Below, one piece after another: positions 37,457 to 47,107 of a DNA stretch of 64,000 nt. The position numbers were made by a program, and so were the translations under genes. Location: contig CAWIIB010000001.1 in assembly GCA_963836075.1 (NCBI GenBank), positions 160,001-224,000 of the forward strand. Direction: 5' to 3'. This DNA is from an uncultured Acidobacteriota bacterium (GTDB taxonomy: Bacteria > Acidobacteriota > JAQAZP01). How positions within the stretch are numbered: the stretch's first letter is position 1; each line of letters starts with the position of its first letter. The notes beneath the pieces were generated by a model, which was not told where the DNA came from, did not search any database, and was given only the letters and a program-made list of their open reading frames with translations.

Positions 37457-38791
37457 TCAGGCCGGTTCGCCGTTCAGCAGGTCGGCCACGGTCAGACCGC
37501 TGTCGATGGTGCGGTCCATGTTCAGATACTCCCAGCGGCCAAAACGACCGCATGGCTCCACTCCGTGCTCTCTGAGGAAACGGTAGATCACTTCGAGGTG
37601 CGCTTCCCGCTGGAGATCATAGATGATGTAGGCGTAGCGCATGTCCATCACGTGACTGGTGACCACGTTGTCCGCCTGCCGGAGGATGCCGGCCTCCTTG
37701 AGCGCCTGCACCGTCTGTTCCACGATGGTCTCCTTGTCCAGCGGCCGCCAGTCCGAATAGGCCACCTCGGTGGAGATACTGCTCATCCCCGCCGGTGTGG
37801 TTTCCGGGGAGAGATTCATGGGGAAGCTGATCCGATGGAAGGGGAAACGGTCCTCGTAGAAGTAGATCCAGTGTTTGTCTGAGATGGCGGGCCGGTCGAT
37901 GCCCAGATTGACGCAGACTATGGAGTTGTGCTTCAACCCGCCGATGGCCGCGCGAACGTCGTCGGGGACCTGGTCCACCAGCGACGTCAGTTCGGGCAGG
38001 GGCAGGGTGTAGACCAGCCGGTGGTATCCGGACGAACTGCCGTCGGCGAAATGAACCCGCCGGCCCGCGAGGTCGATCTGTACCGCCCGCATGCCGGTTT
38101 GCAGCCGGTGCTGTACCGCGGGCAGGAAGGCTCGGGGCAGCGACTCGATTCCACCCTCCCGGGGGTACCAGAAGTCGGGATTGAAGCCGAAACGGTCTTC
38201 CACGTCGGCAAGGGCGCCCCCGATGATCTGCTCCATTTCGGGTACCGGAACACGGTCCCCGATCCAGGTGTAGCTCATCTGGTCAGGGTCCACCGTCCAG
38301 AGTTTGACGGCATAGGGCCCCATCAGGTGCCGGGTGATGCCGCTGCCGAAGGAACTCTCCAGCCACTGCCGGTAATTGGCCGGCGGCGGGGCATTTTCAC
38401 CCTGGGACCGGGCCTCGATGTAGGCCTGTACAGCGCCCAGCAGGCACTCCCGGACCACGTCGGGATCCAGCCCGTGCAGGTGATGCTGGAAGGGGAAGCG
38501 GGTGAACACATTCTGTGAGTGATGGTAGATCCAGGCTTCCCGGCTGCGCTCCACGAGGTTGCCGGCGAGAAGTTCCTGAATCAGTTTTTTAGCCCGCTCC
38601 ACCTTGGGAAAGAGAATGTGCGGGCCATGGTCGAATACGAACCCGTCCCGGGACACGGAGCGGGCCACGCCGCCCGCCCGCTCGGCCGCTTCGAAGATAG
38701 TGAAATCGTCCCTCTCCCGCAGGCCGTAACCGGTGGCCAGACCGGCCAGTCCGGCACCGAGAACAACGATTCGCGGTTCTGTTTCTGACAC
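37457..38791 (-). CDS. FAD-dependent oxidoreductase, UDP-galactopyranose-mutase/HemY-like
   Basis: GAGLAGL, GG.ARS, GF.FDHGPH, F.YP..GG, YAY, GRFGRWEYLNMD. Confidence 0.8.
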   Translation of the reverse strand: MSETEPRIVVLGAGLAGLATGYGLRERDDFTIFEAAERAGGVARSVSRDGFVFDHGPHILFPKVERAKKLIQELLAGNLVERSREAWIYHHSQNVFTRFPFQHHLHGLDPDVVRECLLGAVQAYIEARSQGENAPPPANYRQWLESSFGSGITRHLMGPYAVKLWTVDPDQMSYTWIGDRVPVPEMEQIIGGALADVEDRFGFNPDFWYPREGGIESLPRAFLPAVQHRLQTGMRAVQIDLAGRRVHFADGSSSGYHRLVYTLPLPELTSLVDQVPDDVRAAIGGLKHNSIVCVNLGIDRPAISDKHWIYFYEDRFPFHRISFPMNLSPETTPAGMSSISTEVAYSDWRPLDKETIVEQTVQALKEAGILRQADNVVTSHVMDMRYAYIIYDLQREAHLEVIYRFLREHGVEPCGRFGRWEYLNMDRTIDSGLTVADLLNGEPA

Positions 38792-38872
38792 GTTGATCCC
38801 TCTATCATGGAATGGGCCGGATCCAACACCCGGCCCGGTGATCAGCACTGTGACGAGGCCCGCCGCGGCGGA

Positions 38873-39829
38873 TCAGGTCGCGTTTCCTTTAAACCACTCC
38901 ACGAACAGCGGTATTCCCCGCTCCACGGGTACGGAGGGGCAGTAGCCAAGTTCCTCCCGGGACCTCGTCAGGTCGGCATAGGTGCGCTGGACATCGCCCG
39001 GTTGCATCGGCTGGTAGTCGAGGATCGCTGTGGCGCCCATGCTCTCTTCAAGCAGGGTGATCAGGCGGCTCAGGGTGGTGGTCTGCGACTCGCCGAGGTT
39101 GAAAATCCGGTAGCCGCTGCAGCGCTCGATGGCCCTGGTCACGCCGTCGATGATGTCGTCGATATAGGTGTAGTCGCGGTCCGAGCCGCCGTCTCCGAAG
39201 ACCGGGAGCTGCTGCCCGTCGCGAATCAGCCGGGCGAACTTGTGAATCGCCATTTCCGGCCGCTGTCGGGGGCCGTAGACAGTGAAGAAGCGCAGGCAGG
39301 AAATGGGCAGTCCGAACAGGTGGTGGTAGGTGTGGCAGAGCAGTTCACCCGCTTTCTTGGTCGCGGCATAGGGCGAAATGGGATGGTCCACCGGGTCGTC
39401 TTCGGCAAAGGGAATCTTGCGGTTGTTGCCGTACACCGAAGACGAGGAGGCATAGATCAACTTCTGCACTCCGTGGCGGCGGCACATCTCCAGAATATTG
39501 GCCGTCCCGTTCATGTTGACCTCCTGATAGACCAGGGGGTCTTCGATGGACGGCCGCACACCGGCCTTGGCCGCCAGGTGGACCACCACCTCGGGCGCCC
39601 GGTCTCCCTGAAAAATGCTCTGCAGCAGGCTCAGGTCGCGGATGTCACCTTCCACCAGCCGGTAGTTGTCCCTGCCGGCCACTGCGGAGATATTGCCGCG
39701 TTTGATCTGCGGGTCGTAGAACGGGTCGAAGTTGTCGAGGCAGGTAACCCGGTGCCCATCCTGCACCAGCCTGTCACACAGGTGGGAGCCGATGAATCCG
39801 GCACCGCCGGTGATCAGAACTTTCTGCAC
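38873..39829 (-). CDS. NAD-dependent epimerase (UDP-glucuronate 4-epimerase-like)
   Basis: TGGAGFIG, HLAAKAGVRPS, ASSSSVYG, YAATK, RFFTVYGP..RP.MA, RDYTY, QPGDV. Confidence 0.9.
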   Translation of the reverse strand: MQKVLITGGAGFIGSHLCDRLVQDGHRVTCLDNFDPFYDPQIKRGNISAVAGRDNYRLVEGDIRDLSLLQSIFQGDRAPEVVVHLAAKAGVRPSIEDPLVYQEVNMNGTANILEMCRRHGVQKLIYASSSSVYGNNRKIPFAEDDPVDHPISPYAATKKAGELLCHTYHHLFGLPISCLRFFTVYGPRQRPEMAIHKFARLIRDGQQLPVFGDGGSDRDYTYIDDIIDGVTRAIERCSGYRIFNLGESQTTTLSRLITLLEESMGATAILDYQPMQPGDVQRTYADLTRSREELGYCPSVPVERGIPLFVEWFKGNAT

Positions 39830-39846
39830 GTGTGCCCCTCCCGTGT

Positions 39847-41091
39847 CTAGAATGTTTCGCCGAAATACGCCGCCAGCCGGGCCAGGTCCTCGCCGTCAAC
39901 CACCAGGTCCCCGTTGAGGTCGGCGGCCTCGAGATAGCGTTCTTCCCACGAGGCACTGCCAAACGCGAACGCCAGCAGCGAGAGGTCGATACCGTCGATG
40001 CGGCCGGAGGAGTCGATGTCGCCGTAGGATTGGCCGTCACCGGCCGACACCCGGAAGGACCAGGCGTAGGACTCGAGGACATTGGGCGGGGAGGCCAGAT
40101 CCTCAGCGCTGATCACCACCTCGATGGTCGATCCGGCAGTGAAGGGTATCTCAGGAGTATACGTGATTTCAAGGGAATCGAGTGTCCCGGAGACCTGGAA
40201 GCCGCCGGGGGGCACGGCCACTCCGGCCACCGTGAGCTGGATGCTCAGGGTGTTCACGCCGCTGCCCAGATCGTTGAGCCTGATGAGGATGTCGCTCTCC
40301 GGAGGCACGCCGCTGTCGCCGTCTCCCGGAGAACTGTCGGCCACCCACGGTGCGGCATAATCGCCGGGCAGTGGCGGCTGTCCGCCCCGTTCGAGCAGGC
40401 CGGCGTACCAGCTCTGGGCCATCAGCTGGTATCCGCCCTGGCCCGGGTGCAGGTTGTCGGAATACCAGCAGCAGATGTCGTACTGCACGCCGTCGACCCA
40501 GAATTCCGGATCGCCGGGGCCGCAGTCCAGCGGTTCGCAGGGGTTGTTCAGAAAGGTGTTGAAGTGGTCGGCCAGACCGGCACCCTCGGTTTCCAGGACC
40601 AGTTCGAGGATCAGGCTGTTCAGGTAGAGCGCCGCCCGGTTGTAAGAGTCGACCTCGTGGGCCCCCCGGGGGATCACCGTGCCCAGTATCGGGATGCTGC
40701 CCACGGTGCGGGCGGCGTCGATCATCGCCTCCAGGGCGTCGATGGTATCGCTGCGCGGCACCCCCTGGCTGATGTCGTTGGTCCCGAAGAGGATCAGTAC
40801 GTACTGGGGCATCACCATTAGCAGGTCCGCGCGGTAGGACTCCAGCCCCTGCTCAGCGGTGGCGCCGCCGATCCCGCGGTTGACGATCTGCGATTCGCTG
40901 ATCTCCAGCATGTCGGCAAGGTAGGGCAGGTAGCCGCGGCTCCACCAGGTGTCCTCGTCGTAGCCCTGGGTGATGGAATCCCCCACGGCGAGGTAGATGC
41001 CGGGGTTGATGCCATCGGCCGTGGCAACTGCTCCCGGGGTGCAGGCCAGGATGGCCAGCAGGGCCGCTACCTGACAAACGCTATTCTTCAT
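39847..41091 (-). CDS. Secreted SGNH/GDSL esterase with Ig-like and dockerin-like domains
   Basis: Signal peptide; GDSIT, GIGG, GTND, DNLHP blocks; Ig-like middle; C-terminal duplicated Ca loops GDIDSSGRIDGIDL / ADLNGDLVVDGEDL. Confidence 0.82.
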   Translation of the reverse strand: MKNSVCQVAALLAILACTPGAVATADGINPGIYLAVGDSITQGYDEDTWWSRGYLPYLADMLEISESQIVNRGIGGATAEQGLESYRADLLMVMPQYVLILFGTNDISQGVPRSDTIDALEAMIDAARTVGSIPILGTVIPRGAHEVDSYNRAALYLNSLILELVLETEGAGLADHFNTFLNNPCEPLDCGPGDPEFWVDGVQYDICCWYSDNLHPGQGGYQLMAQSWYAGLLERGGQPPLPGDYAAPWVADSSPGDGDSGVPPESDILIRLNDLGSGVNTLSIQLTVAGVAVPPGGFQVSGTLDSLEITYTPEIPFTAGSTIEVVISAEDLASPPNVLESYAWSFRVSAGDGQSYGDIDSSGRIDGIDLSLLAFAFGSASWEERYLEAADLNGDLVVDGEDLARLAAYFGETF

Positions 41092-41848
41092 CGTTCCCTC
41101 CGTCCTTTCTGGACCTTTCGGAGATCACCACGCCCTCGGGGAAGTCGATGGTAAACGCTCCCTCGGGCAGGTCGCCGTTGACCACCACGTCCTCCAGCCG
41201 GAACAGGGTGGTGTCACCGCTCTTCTCCCGGATGAAATACTGCACTGGTGCGTGGTCGGAGGCACGGACCCAGAGATCGATGAAATCGATTCGCTTCTTG
41301 AGCTGCCGGCGACGCGGAACGAGGTGCAGGCGCTGTGTCGACCCGGCGGGTTGGGGAGCGGAATCCGGGGAGGCCACGGCGGAACCCGCATCGATGGTGA
41401 AATTCTTCTTCAATTGATCGATTCCGTCCTTGCCGATCAGGTGGTCGAAAACCCGTTTCTTCTGCTTGCGGACATCGAACCGTTCCGCCTCCTGGAGGTC
41501 GGGGTAGTAGGTGACCAGGGTGTCGCCCTCCAGCAGCAGGATCACCCGGTTCGGCATATCGTAGTCCAGGCGCATCACGTCCGGCTGGCTATAACCGAAA
41601 CGGCCGGAGGACTGCTCAGGGTCCTTGAACAGGGCCATGGTCTTGGTCTGGGTGAACCGGCCCTGGAGCGTGGTCGTCTGTTGCTGGCTGGCCAGGATCT
41701 GTTCCAGCAGGCTGAGCACCTCGGGCGAAGGCTCGGCATCGTCGCCGGCCAGAACCGGGGCCGAACAGCAGAAAAATACGGCGCTGAGCAAGAGCAGCGC
41801 CAGCGGCGGCCAAGATCTACCGCGGCATGTGGTGAAAGTGTACTGCAC
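41081..41848 (-). CDS. LolA-like lipoprotein carrier protein
   Basis: Signal peptide, F.Q.K, SSG.F...PD.MR.DY..P, Y.P, F....P.GV. Confidence 0.75.
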   Translation of the reverse strand: MQYTFTTCRGRSWPPLALLLLSAVFFCCSAPVLAGDDAEPSPEVLSLLEQILASQQQTTTLQGRFTQTKTMALFKDPEQSSGRFGYSQPDVMRLDYDMPNRVILLLEGDTLVTYYPDLQEAERFDVRKQKKRVFDHLIGKDGIDQLKKNFTIDAGSAVASPDSAPQPAGSTQRLHLVPRRRQLKKRIDFIDLWVRASDHAPVQYFIREKSGDTTLFRLEDVVVNGDLPEGAFTIDFPEGVVISERSRKDGGNDEE

Positions 41849-41952
41849 GTATCTTCCTCCCCGGGGTGCCTTTCCGTGTCGGACCCCAACTGCGCCGCCG
41901 GTAACCGGTCGAGTCAGTGGACGTCGGTGCTGGGTGGCAGTGGGGCAAGCCC

Positions 41953-42561
41953 TCAGAAGTAAAAGGTGAGTCCGAGCTGGATCACATAACCGTCGTGGTT
42001 AAAATTTTCGTCACCATAATCGCTGCCGATGACGTCACCCACGTCGATATTGACATCGAGGAACTGGTAACGCACATCCGCGTGGAGGAAACTGCGCTCG
42101 GTCATGTGAATTTCCAGCCCGAACCCGCCGTGGTAGCCAAAATCATCGCTGCTGAAGTCCTGGCTCAGGCTGCCCTCTTCGGAAAGAGTGACGTTGACGG
42201 TAGAACTGTACCAGCTGCCGCCGAAGATCAGGTGGGGGTTGACTCCGCCCCTGCCGAACAGATACCAGATCCCGGACAACTGGAACGGATAGCCATCCAC
42301 CGTGACCTGTCCACCGGCAAATTCATCCTTGCGGTAGTCGGCGGCCAGTTCGGCGCTGAGGTTCCGGGTGATTCGCAGCCGGGCCTGCAAGCCGCCGTGG
42401 ATCGCTCCGTCGTCGGCGTCGTTGGTGTTGTACCAGTTGCCATGAATCCCCAGGCCGAAGAACGGTCCCCGTTCCCCGCCGTACGCCTCGGCGCTGCCCG
42501 CGGCAGTCAGGGCGGCCATCAGGAGGATCATCAGCAGTGCTGCCGGAGTCTTGAACGTCAT
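41953..42561 (-). CDS. Small outer-membrane beta-barrel protein
   Basis: Signal peptide, alternating Gly/aromatic strands, C-terminal LGLTFYF. Confidence 0.82.
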   Translation of the reverse strand: MTFKTPAALLMILLMAALTAAGSAEAYGGERGPFFGLGIHGNWYNTNDADDGAIHGGLQARLRITRNLSAELAADYRKDEFAGGQVTVDGYPFQLSGIWYLFGRGGVNPHLIFGGSWYSSTVNVTLSEEGSLSQDFSSDDFGYHGGFGLEIHMTERSFLHADVRYQFLDVNIDVGDVIGSDYGDENFNHDGYVIQLGLTFYF

Positions 42562-42603
42562 CCAGAATCTCCCGTGTTGAGGTGCCGGTTTCCCTGTTTG
42601 ATG

Positions 42604-43098
42604 CTAGAAGGGAATATCGTCGTCGCTGAACCCGCCACCGCCAGTTCCACTGCCAGCTCCAGCGCCGCCGCTGCCAGCTGCAGTGCCGCCACCGCCCTGC
42701 CGGCCTCTCCCTCCTCCTCCGGCAGGCCCGCGGTCCTGGTATCCGTCACCACCGCCGCCTTCGCCACGGCCGAGAAAGACCAGGTTGTCCGCCACCACCT
42801 CGGTCATGTAGCGTTTACTGCCCTGCTGGTCCTCCCAGGACCGGGTCTGCAACCGTCCTTCCACGTAGACCTGGCGGCCCTTGCCCAGATACTCGGCGCA
42901 GATCTCGGCCAGCCGGCCGAAGACCACCACCCGGTGCCACTCTGTTCGCTCCTGCTTGTTGCCGTCCCGATCGTTCCAGCTCTCGTTGGTGGCCAGGGTA
43001 AAATTGGTGATTGCCCGTGGTGTCTCGGAGCTGGTGTATTTCTTTTCCGGGTCCCTGCCCAGGTGCCCGATGAGGATGACCTTGTTTACACTGCGCAC
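42604..43098 (-). CDS. ssb: Single-stranded DNA-binding protein
   Basis: [35 protein letters not shown], Gly-rich linker, DDDIPF. Confidence 0.97.
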   Translation of the reverse strand: MRSVNKVILIGHLGRDPEKKYTSSETPRAITNFTLATNESWNDRDGNKQERTEWHRVVVFGRLAEICAEYLGKGRQVYVEGRLQTRSWEDQQGSKRYMTEVVADNLVFLGRGEGGGGDGYQDRGPAGGGGRGRQGGGGTAAGSGGAGAGSGTGGGGFSDDDIPF

Positions 43099-43190
43099 GC
43101 CTTTTCCTCCTTGGCCCATGCCGGGGGTAATGTCAGGGCGGCACTGTCCCGCCCAGGGTTTGGATGAATCAGAAATCAGTGCAAATAGTA

Positions 43191-43219
43191 ATGTTAACTG
43201 TGGTCGGGGGGGATGTCAA
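43191..43219 (-). promoter_or_regulatory. Putative ssb promoter
   Basis: Minus strand TTGACA-N17-TAACAT. Confidence 0.6.
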
Positions 43220-43228
43220 GGATCAGGT

Positions 43229-43256
43229 TTGCGGGCCGGGAAAAGGGGGGTACAAT
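43229..43256 (+). promoter_or_regulatory. Putative dtd promoter
   Basis: TTGCGG-N16-TACAAT, back to back with the ssb promoter. Confidence 0.45.
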
Positions 43257-43295
43257 GGTTCCTGCCGCGGGGCCGGAGTCCATGGAGGTGAGCTG

Positions 43296-43733
43296 ATGAA
43301 AGCGGTGGTCCAGAGGGTGAGCGAAGCCTCGGTGGAGGTTGAAGGCCTGCAGGTGGCCAGAATCGGCCGGGGTCTGCTGGTGCTGCTGGGGGTGGAGAAG
43401 GGGGACGGCGAGGAACAGGCCCGCTGGATCGCTGACAAGCTGGTCAACCTGAGGGTTTTCGCCGATGATCGAGGGAACCTCAACCGCTCGGTCCTTGAGG
43501 TGGGCGGTGCGGTTCTCTCCGTGTCCCAGTTCACGCTGGCCGGTTCGGTGCGCAAGGGACGGCGGCCCAGTTTTGACATGGCCGCATCCGGTGAAGAGGC
43601 CGAACTGCTCTACAAGAGGTTTCTCCATTTTCTGAAAGCCGCCGGCGCGGCGGTGCAGGATGGCCGGTTCGGGGCGCTGATGGCCGTGCGGCTGATCAAT
43701 GACGGTCCGGTGACCTTCATCGTGGAGCGTTAG
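43296..43733 (+). CDS. dtd: D-aminoacyl-tRNA deacylase
   Basis: [36 protein letters not shown]. Confidence 0.96.
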   Translation: MKAVVQRVSEASVEVEGLQVARIGRGLLVLLGVEKGDGEEQARWIADKLVNLRVFADDRGNLNRSVLEVGGAVLSVSQFTLAGSVRKGRRPSFDMAASGEEAELLYKRFLHFLKAAGAAVQDGRFGALMAVRLINDGPVTFIVER

Positions 43734-43961
43734 GCCGGTAGAGTAGAATGGTTGTTTTCACCGCACATACGGTAAAGCTTCGCGCTGCCGGGGACGATAC
43801 GGTGGTGACGGGATATCATTTCTGCCGGTGGGCACGCCGCAACCGTGTTCTGCTGTCCGGTGGCTGCAGCACAGTGGATAGATTCTGAAATGGCTTTGCA
43901 AAAGAATTGCCTGGCCGGCCGGGCACCGGACAGCAGCGGGCCGGCGGTTGACGAGGGGTGC

Positions 43962-45200
43962 ATGGAAAAGCGGTCCGTGGCCCTCACCCGCCTGTCTCAC
44001 GAATTGCGGGCCCCGCTCAACGCCATCATCTCCTTCAGCCAGATTCTGACCGACGGGCTTGCCGGGTCGCTGAACGAGGAACAGTTGCTGCAGGTGGACA
44101 TCATCCGCAAGAGCGGGAACAATCTGCTCCACGTGATCGACAACGTCACCATGTTCGCCCGGACCGGTTTGCGCAATTACAGCGCCACTCCGTCCACTGT
44201 GATGGTGGAGAAGGTAATGGGAAACCTGCGCGCAGCGCTGGCCGACTGCGGTCAGGGTGAGAACGCGGACCTGGAGATCCGCATCGCCGGCGGCGCTCCG
44301 ACCGCCTTCACCACCGACGAGCGGAAACTGCTGCTGGCCCTGGCCAACATGATCCGTTATGCCTACCAGGCTGGTGGGGCGTCCACCGTGACCCTGGAGG
44401 TGAGCGGCGTGGCGCCCGGAGCCCTGCCGGTCTTTCTCGGCGATCTCGGTGGCCATGACGTGGGGGACGAGGGTTACCTCAAGCTGCAACTCCGCCACCG
44501 CTGCTCGGAGGCCGAAAGGGTGCGCCTGGCCGACCTCTACCTCGACCTCGACGAACTGGACATCAGCGAGAACGAGCAGTTTCGCGGGATTCACCTGGGA
44601 CTGACGCTGGCCCGCCGGTCCATCGAAATCATCGGCGGCCGGATCTGGTTCGAACAGACAGCTGACGGCGACCTGCTGACCAAGGTGCTGATCCCCTCGC
44701 TGGTCACCTCGTCCCAGGTGGAGCCGGCCGGCTGGTCAGGGATGCAGAGCGCTCACCACGCGGAGGGGATCGTCGATGAGCCGGAAGCCGAGCGCCCCAG
44801 GATGGTGTTGGTAGTGGAAGACAACCCGTTCAACCGCAACTTCATCCGGTTGATCCTGGACCACATGGGTTTTGACATGGTGGAGGCTGAAAACGGGGAA
44901 ATCGGTGTGCGCCGGGCTCTGGAAGTGCAGCCGGATCTGATCCTGATGGACATGATGATGCCGGTGATTGACGGTTTCCAGGCCACCAGGTCTTTAAAAA
45001 ACAACCCCCGGACGGCCGGCATACCGGTGCTGGCGATGACGGCGCTCTCGCTGGAGAAGGACAAACGGAAGGCCCGCGAAGCAGGGTGTGACGATTTCCT
45101 GCTGATGCCGTCATCCAGGGAAGTTCTGGAGGAAAAGTTGCGGTTTTGGGCAGCGAGAGGAATGGGCGGCACCGATGTCCCGGAGGAGGGTGAACGGTGA
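43962..45200 (+). CDS. Hybrid HisKA + degenerate HATPase + receiver protein
   Basis: SHELRAPLNAII H-box; eroded N/G1 boxes; REC VLVVEDN..DLILMD. Start could be 43890. Confidence 0.75.
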   Translation: MEKRSVALTRLSHELRAPLNAIISFSQILTDGLAGSLNEEQLLQVDIIRKSGNNLLHVIDNVTMFARTGLRNYSATPSTVMVEKVMGNLRAALADCGQGENADLEIRIAGGAPTAFTTDERKLLLALANMIRYAYQAGGASTVTLEVSGVAPGALPVFLGDLGGHDVGDEGYLKLQLRHRCSEAERVRLADLYLDLDELDISENEQFRGIHLGLTLARRSIEIIGGRIWFEQTADGDLLTKVLIPSLVTSSQVEPAGWSGMQSAHHAEGIVDEPEAERPRMVLVVEDNPFNRNFIRLILDHMGFDMVEAENGEIGVRRALEVQPDLILMDMMMPVIDGFQATRSLKNNPRTAGIPVLAMTALSLEKDKRKAREAGCDDFLLMPSSREVLEEKLRFWAARGMGGTDVPEEGER

Positions 45201-46156
45201 AGGGGAAAATACTGGTCATCGACGATCTGACCTATGATGTCAAGGCTCTGAAGATGATCCTTGAGCATTCCGGTTATACCGTGATCAGTGCCGGCACGGG
45301 GGCGGAAGGCATGGAAAAGGCCATCTCGGAAGGTCCGGACGGCATTCTGCTCGATATCCAGCTTCCCGACACGGACGGGTTTGAAATATGCCGCTGCCTC
45401 AAGGAAGATCCGCGCACCGTCGTGATTCCCATTGTTTTCCTCACCGCGCACTACCAGGATGAGGCCAGCCTGATCCGGGGGTTGAACCTCGGGGCCAACG
45501 ATTACATCTGCAAGCCGTTCAATTCAGCCGAGCTGCTGGCCCGGGTTGGAGTGATGGTCCGCATCCGGCGGGCCGAAGAGAGCCTGCTCAAGCTCTCGTT
45601 GACCGACGAGCTCACCGGTATGGGCAACCGCCGGTTTCTCCTCTCCCGACTGGAGGAGGAATACGAGCGGAGCCGGCGCAACGGCAGCTTCTTTGCCTGC
45701 CTGATGATCGACATCGACCACTTCAAGCGGTTCAACGACACCTACGGTCACCAGGTGGGCGACCGGGTACTCAAGGAAATGGCGTCTCTGCTCAGGGAGC
45801 AAACCCGGAAGTGCGACGTTCTGGGGCGTTACGGCGGTGAGGAGTTCCTGGTGGTTCTGGCGGTGAAGTGGCCCTCGGAGTCTATCTGGGTTGCCGAACG
45901 GATCCGTCTGGCCGTGGAAAAGCTCCTTGTGATCAGGGATGCCACATCGGATGAACCGCTCAGTCTGCAGGTTAGCGTCGGCGTGTCTCGCTGCCTGCCT
46001 TCGGAGGCCGGGGCACCGGGTTGTCAGGCGATGATCCGGCAGGCCGACAAGGCCCTCTATGAAGCCAAACGTCTGGGACGAAACCGGGTCTGCCACTGGG
46101 ATCCGGATACCGACAGTGCCGTTCAGGTGGAACGGGTCGAGAAGACATCCGGCTGA
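45197..46156 (+). CDS. Response-regulator diguanylate cyclase (REC-GGDEF)
   Basis: REC with DD, D, T, KP; D.LTG..NRR, DIDHFK.FND.YGH..GD, RKCD I-site, GGEEF. Confidence 0.93.
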   Translation: MKGKILVIDDLTYDVKALKMILEHSGYTVISAGTGAEGMEKAISEGPDGILLDIQLPDTDGFEICRCLKEDPRTVVIPIVFLTAHYQDEASLIRGLNLGANDYICKPFNSAELLARVGVMVRIRRAEESLLKLSLTDELTGMGNRRFLLSRLEEEYERSRRNGSFFACLMIDIDHFKRFNDTYGHQVGDRVLKEMASLLREQTRKCDVLGRYGGEEFLVVLAVKWPSESIWVAERIRLAVEKLLVIRDATSDEPLSLQVSVGVSRCLPSEAGAPGCQAMIRQADKALYEAKRLGRNRVCHWDPDTDSAVQVERVEKTSG

Positions 46157-46174
46157 ACCACCGGGGCCGCCACA

Positions 46175-47104
46175 ATGGCCAGCCTTCCCCACAATACGGA
46201 AAACCACCAGGCCCGGCTCCTGGCGGTGGATGAATTCCTCGACTACCTCTCCGGAGTGCGGGGCGTGTCGTCCAACACTCGCGAGGCTTACGGACGGGAC
46301 CTCGGCCGCTGGTTCGTCTGGCTCGGCGAGCAGGGTCTCGACCCTCGTGACTGTTCCATGGCCGACCTGCTGCAGTTCGTGGGGCAGGAGCGCGAGCGGG
46401 GTCTCTCCGGACGTTCGGTGGCCCGGCTGCTGTCGGTCTTGCGCACCTACTACGGCTACCTGCTGCTGGAGCGGGGGGCGCAGAGCGATCCCACCAGGGA
46501 CCTCGATTCTCCCCGCATCCGCCGTCGCTTGCCGGTTTACCTTTCGCTGGAAGAAGTGGAGCAGTTGTTGCGGCAGCCGGACACCTCCACGCCCCGGGGC
46601 CTGAAGGACCGGACAATCCTCGAACTGTTCTACGCCGCCGGCCTGCGGGTCTCGGAATTGACCGGCCTGCGGGTGCGCGACCTGGACCACCGGGGACGGA
46701 TGATCACCGTCAGGGGCAAGGGCGGCAAGGAGAGACTGCTACCGGTGGGCAGCGCGGCATGGAAGTGGATTCGCCGCTACCTGGAGGAAGGGGGACGGGG
46801 GGCGCTGCTGGGAAGCCGTCATTCCGACAACCTGTTTGTTTCTGCCCGTGGCACGGGCCTGAGCCGCCAGGGGGTCTGGAAGATGGTGGCCGCCCAGGGC
46901 CGCAAGGCGGGCCTGGGAAAGCGGGTGGGCCCGCACATGCTGCGCCACTCCTTTGCCACGCATCTGCTGGAACGGGGGGCGGATCTGCATACGGTCCAAC
47001 TGCTGCTGGGGCACAGCGATATCGCCACCACACAGATTTACACCCACGTCAGCCGGGAACGGTTGCGCAGCGTCTATGACCGCTACCACCCCCGGGCGAG
47101 GTGA
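46175..47104 (+). CDS. xerD: Site-specific tyrosine recombinase XerD
   Basis: S.NT..AY..DL, LP..LS.EEV, GLRVSEL, GKGGKER, PHMLRHSFATHLLERGADL, LGHSDIATTQIYTHV, YHPRA. Confidence 0.92.
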   Translation: MASLPHNTENHQARLLAVDEFLDYLSGVRGVSSNTREAYGRDLGRWFVWLGEQGLDPRDCSMADLLQFVGQERERGLSGRSVARLLSVLRTYYGYLLLERGAQSDPTRDLDSPRIRRRLPVYLSLEEVEQLLRQPDTSTPRGLKDRTILELFYAAGLRVSELTGLRVRDLDHRGRMITVRGKGGKERLLPVGSAAWKWIRRYLEEGGRGALLGSRHSDNLFVSARGTGLSRQGVWKMVAAQGRKAGLGKRVGPHMLRHSFATHLLERGADLHTVQLLLGHSDIATTQIYTHVSRERLRSVYDRYHPRAR

Positions 47105-47107
47105 CCG

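Noticed and set aside
46175-47104. Tyrosine recombinase as a prophage or integron integrase
   Set aside because: Sequence and length match housekeeping XerD; no att sites, phage genes or integron-specific insertion are seen.
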